32,000 nt of DNA from Candidatus Saccharimonadota bacterium (GTDB lineage Bacteria > Bacteroidota > Bacteroidia > Flavobacteriales > Blattabacteriaceae): contig NZ_CP006873.1 in the NCBI RefSeq assembly GCF_000709555.1, forward strand, positions 270,001-302,000, written 5' to 3'. The notes beneath the pieces are model-generated. The model made no database searches. It saw only the letters and a program-made list of their open reading frames with translations, and was not told the origin of the DNA. The position numbers and the translations under genes are program-made. Below, one piece after another: positions 19,418 through 28,814 of the stretch (positions are counted from its first letter, which is position 1; each line of letters begins with the position of its first letter).

Positions 19418-19979
19418 AAGTGGACTAATCCAATAGAAACATTATGTCCACAGAATCCAACGTTTATAGTGCGTTTTTGCATTATATGATTGGTTATCAT
19501 CAGTAATCTGATTATGGCTCAAGAAGGTAATAATGAGGCTCAATGACCAGTCATAGATTTAGTAGAATTAATATTAATTTGATATACGAAGACTTTTTTT
19601 ATTGCTTTAATTTCTGTCATATCTACTAAAGGAGTTGAAGTTACGTGCTACATTTGTGCAAGAGCATTTTTCATCATCCCTATGCCAGCAAGTTCTCCTA
19701 GAACAAATAATCCGTAGAGAAAGGTCTTGAAGAAGTCATTATTTCTTGTAGAAAGAGCATTAGAAGCACAAGATGATACTGTAGCAGGGACCTTTGAGAT
19801 GAGTATCAAAGAAAGGATTATTACCTGGAAAATAATTGAAAAGAGATTTTTCATGACCAACCAAATAACACCTATTCTATTTTTATTTTCCTTAGCCGCA
19901 TGCAAACTGAGTTTTAAATGTATTAAAATAAGTAATAGGAGCTTACTCCTCCAATAGGACCCCTAATCTTGTAATAACT
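19418..19979 (-). pseudogene. fabF: beta-ketoacyl-ACP synthase II pseudogene (heavily deleted)
   Basis: Minus-strand fragments appear in FabF order across at least two frames. They are VITRLGVL (cf VVVTGLG), NRIGVIWLV (cf RIGAAIGSG), NALSTRNND (cf ALSTRNDNP) and GLFVLGELAGIGMM (cf DGFVLGDGAGMLVLE). These are followed by [27 protein letters not shown] (cf NAHGTSTPAGD..A.AVK..F) and [10 protein letters not shown] (19543-19566, stop 19540-19542; cf [12 protein letters not shown]). The span is about 560 bp against about 1.25 kb for an intact gene. Confidence 0.85.
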
Positions 19980-19985
19980 ACCTTT

Positions 19986-20228
19986 CTATCTTGTGGCAAG
20001 ATGTATATAATCTATAACATTCTGGATGGTAAATATCTTTTCTGCGTCCTCATCTGGTATTGAAATGTTAAATTCTTTTTCAAATTCCATAATAAGTTCT
20101 ACATTGTCTAAAGAATCCGCACCGAGATCTTTAATAAAATTGGCATTAGGCTGTATTTCATTATCATTTATAGCTAACTTGTCTATAATTATTTTTTTTA
20201 CTTTTTCTTGAATATCTTCTTTAAGCAT
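19986..20228 (-). CDS. acpP: acyl carrier protein
   Basis: 80 aa. The phosphopantetheine site [17 protein letters not shown] is intact. Confidence 0.95.
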   Translation of the reverse strand: MLKEDIQEKVKKIIIDKLAINDNEIQPNANFIKDLGADSLDNVELIMEFEKEFNISIPDEDAEKIFTIQNVIDYIHLATR

Positions 20229-20364
20229 ATTGTTAAGGTTTGCTTCCTACACTATTTTTTTTTACATGAAGTAATCCTCTTTTTATGGTAAGCTTTCACC
20301 TTTTTCTAAAATAGATATCTAACAATTGAAAAGAATTAGATGACGTAGCATGTCCACTTGAGAT
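20229..20364 (-). pseudogene. possible ATP synthase epsilon (atpC) remnant, very tentative
   Basis: It lies directly downstream of the atpD relic, where atpC sits in atpDC operons. Only a weak resemblance is visible: the SSNSFQLLD fragment compared with G.F.IL..H of epsilon N-termini. All frames are interrupted by stops. Confidence 0.2.
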
Positions 20365-21216
20365 TTATCCTTCATAAATTGTTTTATACTTTTTTTCTAC
20401 AATAACTTGTTGTATAGTTCCTTTAAGATTAAAGGCAACTTCAGGAATATGAACATCTAGAATCATGAAATGGGATCTTTAATGTCTACTAATTCCCTAG
20501 GAATTGTTCTGCTACGTTAAAAGGTTGAGAAAGAAAACGTTGCTTCTTCGCTTAGTTCATCCAGACCGAGATAATGTCTTGTAACTCGGTGTGCACAACG
20601 ATTTAAGTAGTTAATATTCTCGAAGTCGAGTCTACCTAAAGAAGAAATTTTTCTGTATAAAAAGTAGCTGTAATATCGTCGGCGTGAGAAACTATCCGTT
20701 CTTGCATTATACTCATTTAAGAGGATAAAGTGGGTTGATTACCTGCCTTACAAAAAATAGAACATCTCGTCCTTTACCACTGTCACGATAATATTCAGCT
20801 ACGGAAAGGTTCAAAACTGCCTTAGAGCTTCTCTATCAACTCATTACCCAGATTTCACGAAGCAAATCATTACTCTCTCTTGTACGCGAGCCAACTCAAG
20901 CAAAGACCGAAATTCCTTGATAAGCTATATTATTTATTAGTTACTGAATTATAACAGTTTTTCCTACACCAGCATACCAATTTTTACGACCTTTGCATAA
21001 GGTTCAACTAGATCAATAACTTTCGTCATTGTAGAAAACTTGGGCGATGGTCCAACTACATTCAATAATCGCGACAGAAACAGTAATAGGCATTCCTATC
21101 TTTAAACCATCAGTAGAATCCATGGTACTTCTAATATTAAATCTTTTTCTGAAGAAGAATTATTAAAAATGAGGACCTATGATTTGTATAATACTACCCT
21201 CTATTATTTCATACAT
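20365..21216 (-). pseudogene. atpD: F1-ATP synthase beta subunit pseudogene
   Basis: Minus-strand translation gives these fragments in order: MYEIIEGSIIQIIGPHF**, MDSTDGLKIGMPITVSV, VIDLVEPYAKG. Next comes Walker A [43 protein letters not shown] (Walker A at 20956-20973). Then follow VAEYYRDSGKGRDVLFFV, LGLDELSEE, ELVDIKDPI and HIPEVAFNLKGTIQQVIVEKK. There are several frameshifts, many in-frame stops and large deletions (852 bp against about 1.5 kb). Confidence 0.9.
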
Positions 21217-21224
21217 TAACTTGA

Positions 21225-22280
21225 TTATCTATTAAGAATATATTGACTTAAAAAGTCTCCTACTTCTTCTGTCCCTAAGGATTTATGCTTACAAATATCT
21301 ACAGTAGATTTTTTATTATGTATAGAATTCGCCACTGATTTTCTTATTTCTTGAGCTTCATTTGACAATTCGAAATAATCAAGCATCATAGCAGCTGAAA
21401 GCACACATCCTAAAGGATTAGCTATATTTTTTCCTTCGGCTTGAGGATAAGAGCCATGTACTGGTTCAAAAATAGCATTTTTTCTACCAATAGAAGCTGA
21501 AGGTAATAACCCAATAGAACCAGTAATTACACTCGATTCATCTGATAAGATATCTCCAAACATATTTTCCGTTAAAATGATATCAAATCTAGAAGAATTA
21601 AGAATAATCTGCATACTAGCATTATCTACAAGAAGAAAATCCACTATGACTTCAGGATAATCTATAGAGATTTTCTTAATAATTTCTCGCCATAGTCGTG
21701 AGGTTTCTAACACATTTGCCTTATCTACTAAAGTCAGTTTTTTTTTTCGTAAAAGCGCTGCTTTAAAAGCGTCTCGTCCAATACGTTCTATTTCATCGGA
21801 AGAATAGCAGCAATAGTCATAAGCTTGTTTTCCATCAACAGAACGGCCTTTTTTACCAAAATAAATCCCACTAATTAATTCCCGATAGATTATGAAATCT
21901 GTTCCTTTTATATATTCCATTTTTAATGGAGAGGAATTCATTAATAAATCATAAGTAGTTATAGGACGTATATTACAATAAAGATCCATAACTTTCCTAA
22001 TTTTTAGTAACCCTTGTTCAGGTCTCATTTTCGTATCACTATCATAGTTAGGATTTCCAACAGTTCCCAATAATACTGCATCACTCTCCATACAAATTTC
22101 TAGTGTTTCTTTAGGCATCGGATCTCCTGTCTTTTGAATAGCTATAGCGCCAATCAAAGCTTCTTGGTAAACGAAATTATGATTAAACTTCTTAGCTATA
22201 GCATTCAATACTTTTATTGATTGTCGCATAATTTCAGGTCCAATACCATCCCCGGATAAAACTGCTATATTTTTTTTCAT
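21225..22280 (-). CDS. leuB: 3-isopropylmalate dehydrogenase
   Basis: MKKNIAVLSGDGIGPEI and NMFGDILSDE. The track start at 22325 is a TTG inside leuD. ATG 22280 gives the normal N-terminus. Confidence 0.95.
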   Translation of the reverse strand: MKKNIAVLSGDGIGPEIMRQSIKVLNAIAKKFNHNFVYQEALIGAIAIQKTGDPMPKETLEICMESDAVLLGTVGNPNYDSDTKMRPEQGLLKIRKVMDLYCNIRPITTYDLLMNSSPLKMEYIKGTDFIIYRELISGIYFGKKGRSVDGKQAYDYCCYSSDEIERIGRDAFKAALLRKKKLTLVDKANVLETSRLWREIIKKISIDYPEVIVDFLLVDNASMQIILNSSRFDIILTENMFGDILSDESSVITGSIGLLPSASIGRKNAIFEPVHGSYPQAEGKNIANPLGCVLSAAMMLDYFELSNEAQEIRKSVANSIHNKKSTVDICKHKSLGTEEVGDFLSQYILNR

Positions 22281-22293
22281 AATAAAAAAATCC

Positions 22294-22893
22294 TTAAGAA
22301 AGGAACTCAGAATGCTTTTTCTCAAATGCCTTTATCTTATCTTTAAGACTAATTAGAAAATCTATATCGTCAGATCCATTAAGAAAACACATTTTTTTAT
22401 AGGAATCTATATCAAAACTTTCATCTTTATTGGTGGTTCCTATTTTTAAAATCTGTTTTTCCAAATCTACACAGAGTAAGGTGTTCTTATTAATTTGCAC
22501 TGCTTGGAATAGATCTTTTAAAAATTTGTCAGAAACTTCTATTGGCAATAACCCATTATTCAAAGTATTTTCTTTGAAAATATCCGCAAAGGAGCTAGAA
22601 ATTACTACACGAAATCCGTAATCTAAAAGAGCCCAAGCAGCGTGTTCTCGGCTTGAGCCACAACCAAAATTTTTTCCAGTTAGCAATATTTCCCCAGAAT
22701 AAGAAGAATTATTAAGAATAAAATTTTTTATGGGTATTCCATTAGAAGTCAATCTCCAATCTCTAAATAAATTTTCCCCAAAATGTTCTCTTGTAGTAGT
22801 TTTTAAAAAACGTGCTGGGATAATTTGATCGGTATCTATATTTTCTATTTCTAATGGTACAGCTTTTGAAATAAGGCGGGTGAATTTGTTCAT
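22294..22893 (-). CDS. leuD: 3-isopropylmalate dehydratase small subunit
   Basis: 199 aa with GKNFGCGSSREHAAWAL. Confidence 0.95.
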   Translation of the reverse strand: MNKFTRLISKAVPLEIENIDTDQIIPARFLKTTTREHFGENLFRDWRLTSNGIPIKNFILNNSSYSGEILLTGKNFGCGSSREHAAWALLDYGFRVVISSSFADIFKENTLNNGLLPIEVSDKFLKDLFQAVQINKNTLLCVDLEKQILKIGTTNKDESFDIDSYKKMCFLNGSDDIDFLISLKDKIKAFEKKHSEFLS

Positions 22894-22898
22894 ATGAT

Positions 22899-24290
22899 CT
22901 AATTTAAAAGAGAATTTTCTTCTATATAACGATTTATGTTAACGATTTTTCCTTCTATAGCTGTGATAGCTGCCACTAATGGACTCGCTAACAAAGTTCT
23001 TGACCCATGACCTTGCCTACCTTCAAAATTTCTGTTGGAAGTAGAAACACAATAAGACCCCGAAGGGATTTGATCTTCATTCATCCCTAAGCAAGCTGAA
23101 CATCCAGATTCTCTTAATTCAAATCCAGCCTTTTTAAAGATAAGATCTAATCCTTCTTCACGAAGTTTCCTAATTATTTTTTGTGATCCTGGGACAATCA
23201 TTGCTTGAACATTCTGAGCTTTTTTCTTATTTGTTACTATTTTCGCTACTAAATAAAGATCTTCTATGCGAGCATTAGTACAACTACCTATAAAAACATA
23301 ATCAATAGTCTTCCCTATAAGAGATTCATTGTTTTTTAGTCCCATATACTCCAAAGATTTTTGGTCTGTATGTTTAGGAATTTTTTGACTTATTTTTATC
23401 CCCATTCCTGGATTAGTGCCATATGTTATCATGGGTTCTATATCGGAAGCATCGAAAGAATATTTTCGATCAAATAGAGCATATTCATCCGTATAAAGAT
23501 TTTTCCAATACTTTATTGCATTTTTGAAAGTTATCCCTGTAGTAGAAAATTTCTTACCCTCTAAGTAAGAAAAAGTGGTTTTATCCGGAGCAATAATTCC
23601 GCCTTTGGCTCCCATTTCAATACTCATATTACAAATAGTCATCCTACCTTCCATGCTCATTCGTCTAAATATCCCTCCTGTATATTCTACAAAATGCCCA
23701 GTAGCTACACCAGTTCCAAGTTTGGAAATAATATATAGTATTACGTCTTTGGGAGTCACACCTTTCTTAAGATTACCCTCTACATGGATCCGCATTTGTT
23801 TAGGTTTTCTCTGGAGAAGACATTGACTAGCCATTACCATGGCTACTTGACTGGTCCCGATCCCAAAAGCAATAGATCCGAAAGCACCGTGCGTAGAAGT
23901 ATGGCTATCTCCGCAAACAATAGTCATTCCAGGTAACGTTATTCCCAGTTCTGGGCCTATTACATGAACTATTCCCTGATATTTATGTCCTAATCCAAAT
24001 AGTTTCATATTATGTTTTTTACAATTACTAGATAAGGTTTCTATTTGATTTCTTGACAGTGGATCTTGAATAGGTAAATGTTGGTCCTTAGTAGGCACAT
24101 TATGGTCAGCGGTAGCGATAATTTTACGTTTTCTGAATATTGGTAATCCTTTTTTTTCCAATTCTTCAAAAGCTTGTGGACTAGTCACTTCATGAATAAA
24201 ATGTCGATCTATATAAAGTACTCCGGAACCTCCTGGAATATTCATTACAATATGAGATTCCCAAACTTTATCAAATAAACTTTTTGCCAT
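22899..24290 (-). CDS. leuC: 3-isopropylmalate dehydratase large subunit
   Basis: 463 aa. Aconitase-family cluster ligand regions CGDSHTSTHGAFG, GSCTNARIEDL and CSACLGMN. Confidence 0.96.
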   Translation of the reverse strand: MAKSLFDKVWESHIVMNIPGGSGVLYIDRHFIHEVTSPQAFEELEKKGLPIFRKRKIIATADHNVPTKDQHLPIQDPLSRNQIETLSSNCKKHNMKLFGLGHKYQGIVHVIGPELGITLPGMTIVCGDSHTSTHGAFGSIAFGIGTSQVAMVMASQCLLQRKPKQMRIHVEGNLKKGVTPKDVILYIISKLGTGVATGHFVEYTGGIFRRMSMEGRMTICNMSIEMGAKGGIIAPDKTTFSYLEGKKFSTTGITFKNAIKYWKNLYTDEYALFDRKYSFDASDIEPMITYGTNPGMGIKISQKIPKHTDQKSLEYMGLKNNESLIGKTIDYVFIGSCTNARIEDLYLVAKIVTNKKKAQNVQAMIVPGSQKIIRKLREEGLDLIFKKAGFELRESGCSACLGMNEDQIPSGSYCVSTSNRNFEGRQGHGSRTLLASPLVAAITAIEGKIVNINRYIEENSLLN

Positions 24291-24294
24291 AAGG

Positions 24295-25458
24295 TCAAAG
24301 ATTTGTAATAAAATTCGCAGTCTTTAAAATAATTTTAAGATCTTCATTATGTACTTCTTTTTTTTTATCCGCATGTTCTAAGAAAATAGGATAAATAAGA
24401 TTTAAATCTTTTTTAGAGAAAGTATATCCCATTTTTTTAAATCTATAAGCTAAAGCAGCACGGCCACTCCGAGCCGTTAAAACTATAGAAGATTCCTTAA
24501 CACCTACCTCTTTAGGAGAAAGAATTTCATAAGTTTCACGTTTTTTTATCAATCCATCTTGATGGATCCCTGAAGAATGAGCAAAAGCATTGTCTCCTAC
24601 TATAGCTTTATTAGCTTGAACATACATCCCAGTCCGTTCATAAACTAGCCAACTAGTAGGACAAAGTAATTCAGATTTGATATTTGTATATAATCTTAAT
24701 GAACGATGTTTTTTAACAATCATAACAATTTCTTCTAGAGAAGTATTTCCAGCACGTTCCCCTAAACCATTTATGGTGCATTCTACTTGCCTCGCACCAT
24801 GAATAATCCCACCTAATGAATTAGCTGTAGCTAAACCTAAATCATTGTGACAATGGGTAGAAAGAATAGCTTTATGAATGCCTTTAACATTTTCTTTTAG
24901 ATAAAGAATTTTTTTTCCATATTCTTCTGTCAGACAATAACCAGTTGTATCAGGAATATTCAATACTGTGGCTCCGGCTTTAATCACTGACTCACATACA
25001 CGAGCAAGAAACTCGTTATCTGTTCTCCCAGCATCTTCCGCATAGAATTCTACATCTTCTACAAAACTTTTGGCGTATTTCACTGCTGCTATGGCATTTT
25101 CTATAATTTTTTCAGAAGTACTATTAAATTTATATCTGATATGAAATTCTGAGGTGCCTATCCCTGTATGAAGACGTTGTCTTTTAGCTGATTTAATAGA
25201 TTCTGCTGCTATTTCAATATCTTTTTTTATCGCTCTTGATAGAGCACATACAATAGGTATGGTAACCGATTGACTGATTTCCTTAACTGATTTAAAATCT
25301 CCAGGACTTGAAATAGGAAATCCTGCTTCAATTACATCTACTCCTAATTGTTCAAGTTGTCGTGCAATTTCAATTTTTTCTCTAACATTCAATTTGCATC
25401 CAGGTACTTGTTCTCCATCTCGTAATGTTGTATCGAAAATTTCGATTTTGTTATTCAT
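24295..25458 (-). CDS. leuA: 2-isopropylmalate synthase, short form (no C-terminal regulatory domain visible)
   Basis: 387 aa. Has [10 protein letters not shown] and [14 protein letters not shown]. The protein ends about 120 aa earlier than long-form LeuA enzymes of about 500-520 aa. Confidence 0.93.
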   Translation of the reverse strand: MNNKIEIFDTTLRDGEQVPGCKLNVREKIEIARQLEQLGVDVIEAGFPISSPGDFKSVKEISQSVTIPIVCALSRAIKKDIEIAAESIKSAKRQRLHTGIGTSEFHIRYKFNSTSEKIIENAIAAVKYAKSFVEDVEFYAEDAGRTDNEFLARVCESVIKAGATVLNIPDTTGYCLTEEYGKKILYLKENVKGIHKAILSTHCHNDLGLATANSLGGIIHGARQVECTINGLGERAGNTSLEEIVMIVKKHRSLRLYTNIKSELLCPTSWLVYERTGMYVQANKAIVGDNAFAHSSGIHQDGLIKKRETYEILSPKEVGVKESSIVLTARSGRAALAYRFKKMGYTFSKKDLNLIYPIFLEHADKKKEVHNEDLKIILKTANFITNL

Positions 25459-25561
25459 AACAACTTATTATTCAAATAATAAAAGGAAACTACATGAAGT
25501 GACTAAATCCGAGGAATAATGGATATTTTTTCGGTTTTTTTTCAATAAAAAATTAAAATTA

Positions 25562-26842
25562 ATGAAAGACCTCATACAAGAACTATCCTGGAGAGGATTA
25601 CTAAAAAATATAACTCCAGGACTTATTGATCAATCAAAAAAACGACCGATAACTTTATACGTAGGATTTGATCCTACGGCGGATTCTTTACATCTCGGGA
25701 ATTTGTTACCTATCTTACTTCTCATTCATTTTGAACGAGCAGGGCATCATCCTATAGCTGTTTTAGGAGGAGCTACGGGAATGATTGGGGACCCATCTGG
25801 AAAATCTGAAGAACGGAAATTACTAGATAAGGATATCATTGAACAAAATATTCAATGTATTAAAGAACAATTGTCTCGATTACTATACATTAAATCGAGT
25901 AATATTCGCTTGCTCAACAATTCGGATTGGATAAGTCCACTATCTTTTATAGAATTTGGACGAGATGTAGGGAAACACTTTACTATAAACTATTTGCTAT
26001 CAAAAGATTCTATAAAAAAACGTTTGAACCCAAAAAATGGAATGTCTTTTACTGAATTCACTTATCAACTATTGCAAGGATATGATTTTTATCATCTTTA
26101 TAAAAATGAAAACTGTCTATTACAAATAGGTGGTTCAGATCAATGGGGAAACATCGTTACTGGCATAGAACTTATTAGAAAAAAAACCTCGGGAACAGCA
26201 TATGGTCTAACCTTCCCTTTAGTTACTAAATCCGATGGGACAAAATTCGGTAAAAGCAAGGTGGAAGGAAATATTTGGTTAGATGCTAAACGGACTTCAC
26301 CCTACATTTGTTTTCAATTTTGGATGAATATTTCAGATGACGAAGCAATACGTTTTATTAAAATGTATACTTTGTTACCTATTGAAGAAATAGATAAGCT
26401 TATTGAAGAGCATAAAAAAGCACCTAATAAACGAATTCTACAACAAATACTTGCTAAAGAGATCACTCAATGGATATATAGTACGGAATACTATAATAAA
26501 TCGGTATATGCTTCAAAATTGTTATTCAATAATAATTTGATAGCCTCTTTAAAAGATTTAGATGAAAACACATTTCTTTCTATTTTTGAGGGCGTACCCC
26601 GCGCTACAATCTTTATGGAAGATTTGCTAAAAGGTGTGTCTATCATAGAAGTACTAACAGAGAAAAGTTGTTTTTTTTCTTCAAAAGGAGAAGCACGTCG
26701 TTCTTTGAAAGAAAAATCTATTTCAGTTAATCATCAAAAAGTTGATGAAAATTTTACTTTAAGTAAAATCCATATAATAGCAGAACGTTATATACTTTTG
26801 AAAAAAGGAAAAAAGAAATATTTAATTCTAGAAGCAACGTAA
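25562..26842 (+). CDS. tyrS: tyrosyl-tRNA synthetase
   Basis: 426 aa. HIGH-type motif DSLHLGNL, KMSKS-type motif KFGKS, and a C-terminal S4-like domain. Confidence 0.96.
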   Translation: MKDLIQELSWRGLLKNITPGLIDQSKKRPITLYVGFDPTADSLHLGNLLPILLLIHFERAGHHPIAVLGGATGMIGDPSGKSEERKLLDKDIIEQNIQCIKEQLSRLLYIKSSNIRLLNNSDWISPLSFIEFGRDVGKHFTINYLLSKDSIKKRLNPKNGMSFTEFTYQLLQGYDFYHLYKNENCLLQIGGSDQWGNIVTGIELIRKKTSGTAYGLTFPLVTKSDGTKFGKSKVEGNIWLDAKRTSPYICFQFWMNISDDEAIRFIKMYTLLPIEEIDKLIEEHKKAPNKRILQQILAKEITQWIYSTEYYNKSVYASKLLFNNNLIASLKDLDENTFLSIFEGVPRATIFMEDLLKGVSIIEVLTEKSCFFSSKGEARRSLKEKSISVNHQKVDENFTLSKIHIIAERYILLKKGKKKYLILEAT

Positions 26843-26844
26843 TC

Positions 26845-27732
26845 TTAAGAAAGAAAATAACCTAAACGTTTTAGTTTACTTTTATTTGAACGCCAATTTT
26901 TATTTATCTTTACATAAAGATGTAAAAAAATTCTTTTTTGAAAGAATCTTTCAAGACTTTTTCTTGAAATTATGCTTAATTTTTTTATAGCTTTTCCCTT
27001 GTTTCCTATTAAAATCTCTTTTTGGGAGTTTCTTTCCAAGTGAATAGAACAATACACTTTTAAAAGTGATTCTTTATCTTCGAAACTATCGATAGATACT
27101 TCAGATGAATAGGGAATCTCTTTTCTATATAAAAAGAATATCTTCTCCCGAATAATTTCACTAACAAAAAATCTTTCTGAACGGTCTGTAATCTCATCTT
27201 TGGGGTAGTAGGCTTTATGTTCAGGTAATAAATGGATAACCTTTTTTAGTAGGATCTGAATATTTTTTTTTTTTGTTGCTGAGATTGGAAGTATTTCAGC
27301 TTTTGTAAAAATATTACCCCAATAATAAATAGTATCCTTAAGGGTCTTTTTATCGATACAATCGATTTTATTAATCAACAATAACAGAGGTCTAGAATTA
27401 TTTTTAATTATTTTTAAAATCTGTCGGTTTTTTTGCATTGTTTTCCTTCCCTCCACCATAAGAATAAGTATATCTGCATCTTCAATAGATTTTTTTACAA
27501 AACCCATCATTATATTTTGCATTGTATAAGAAGCTTCTAAAATACCAGGAGTATCAGAAAAAATAATTTGATAATTATCATTATTTACAATTCCTATAAT
27601 CCTATGTCTAGTTGTCTGAACTTTAGGTGTAACAACAAAAAGACGTTCCCCAACTAAAACGTTCATTAGTGTGGATTTTCCTACATTTGGATTCCCAATG
27701 ATGGTAACAAAGCCGGATTTGTGATTAACCAT
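26845..27732 (-). CDS. era: GTPase Era
   Basis: 295 aa. G motifs GNPNVGKSTLMN, DTPGI and NKID, plus a C-terminal KH domain. Confidence 0.95.
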   Translation of the reverse strand: MVNHKSGFVTIIGNPNVGKSTLMNVLVGERLFVVTPKVQTTRHRIIGIVNNDNYQIIFSDTPGILEASYTMQNIMMGFVKKSIEDADILILMVEGRKTMQKNRQILKIIKNNSRPLLLLINKIDCIDKKTLKDTIYYWGNIFTKAEILPISATKKKNIQILLKKVIHLLPEHKAYYPKDEITDRSERFFVSEIIREKIFFLYRKEIPYSSEVSIDSFEDKESLLKVYCSIHLERNSQKEILIGNKGKAIKKLSIISRKSLERFFQKRIFLHLYVKINKNWRSNKSKLKRLGYFLS

Positions 27733-27778
27733 GTTAAGGTATAAATAATTTTTCTTTTAGTCTACAAAAAAAACTATT

Positions 27779-28399
27779 ATGATAAACATTCAAAGTACAA
27801 GTTTTATATCAAGCAGTACAAAAACAGATCAACTCCCAGAACCTAATTTCCCAGAATATGCCTTTGCTGGACGGTCAAATGTTGGAAAATCGAGCTTGAT
27901 TAATATGCTAACGAATAGAAAAAGACTTGCAAAAACATCATCATTTCCAGGAAAAACCCGTTTAATTAATCATTTTTTAATCAATAATAAGTGGTATTTA
28001 GCAGATTTACCAGGTTATGGATATGCTGAGATATCTAAAAAGGAAAGAAAAAGAATCCAAAAATTAATATACGATTATCTAAGTTCTCGTGAAAATCTTT
28101 TATGTTTATTTGTGCTTATAGATAGTCGTTTACCTATACAGAAAAATGATCGAAACTTTTTGAAATATATTGGTGAAAACCAAATTCCATTTTGCTTAAT
28201 TTTTACTAAAACAGATAAATTAAGTTTTAAAAAATGTGAAAGAAATATTTCACTATATCAGAAAACTTTATTAGAAGATTGGGAAGTAATACCCACTTTT
28301 TTTAAAAGTTCCTCTAATTCAAGAGAGGGAAAAATAAAAATTCTTAAATATATAGAAACTCTTAATGAACAATGGAAAACTAAGATAGGAAACTCATAA
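27779..28399 (+). CDS. engB: ribosome biogenesis GTPase EngB/YsxC
   Basis: 206 aa with GRSNVGKSSLIN, DLPGYGYA and TKTDK. Confidence 0.93.
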   Translation: MINIQSTSFISSSTKTDQLPEPNFPEYAFAGRSNVGKSSLINMLTNRKRLAKTSSFPGKTRLINHFLINNKWYLADLPGYGYAEISKKERKRIQKLIYDYLSSRENLLCLFVLIDSRLPIQKNDRNFLKYIGENQIPFCLIFTKTDKLSFKKCERNISLYQKTLLEDWEVIPTFFKSSSNSREGKIKILKYIETLNEQWKTKIGNS

Positions 28400-28814
28400 T
28401 AGCTAGATCATAAGATTTCATACCAAACCCACAGATAGAACCTTTACAAACAGCAGAAATTAAGGACCTATGACGAATTTCTGAACGTGAATAAACATTA
28501 GTAAGATGTACTTCTACTACAGGTATCTGAATAGCACGAATAGCGTCAGCTATTGCTAAAGAAGTATGGGTATAAGCACCTGCATTTAATACAATCCCAA
28601 TAGATATTGTACTTTTCTTATGTAAAAAATCAATAAGTGTTCCTTCATGATTACTTTGCATATAATCCAATTTACAATTGGATCGAAAATATTTGTTTTT
28701 AAGGACATGAAGATATTTTTCCATAGATTCATTCCCGTAAAGTTTTGGTTCTCGTTTCCCTAGAAGATTTAGATTAGGTCCATTTATTATGGTTATTTCC
28801 TTTAAATATCTCAT
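28380..28814 (-). CDS. aroQ: type II 3-dehydroquinate dehydratase
   Basis: 144 aa with INGPNLNLLGKREPKLYG and VEVHLTNVYSRSEIRHRS. It has a 20-nt convergent overlap with engB and an ATGA overlap with the rluB stop. Confidence 0.94.
   Translation of the reverse strand: MRYLKEITIINGPNLNLLGKREPKLYGNESMEKYLHVLKNKYFRSNCKLDYMQSNHEGTLIDFLHKKSTISIGIVLNAGAYTHTSLAIADAIRAIQIPVVEVHLTNVYSRSEIRHRSLISAVCKGSICGFGMKSYDLAIMSFLS

Noticed and set aside
19648-19905. The 85-aa ORF looked like a small two-TM membrane protein (I briefly considered SecG or an ATP synthase c-subunit).
   Set aside because: Its residues align in order with FabF blocks (RIGV, ALSTRNND, GFVLGxxAG). It continues across a stop into HVTSTP and STKSMTGH. 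It is the longest open fragment of the fabF pseudogene.
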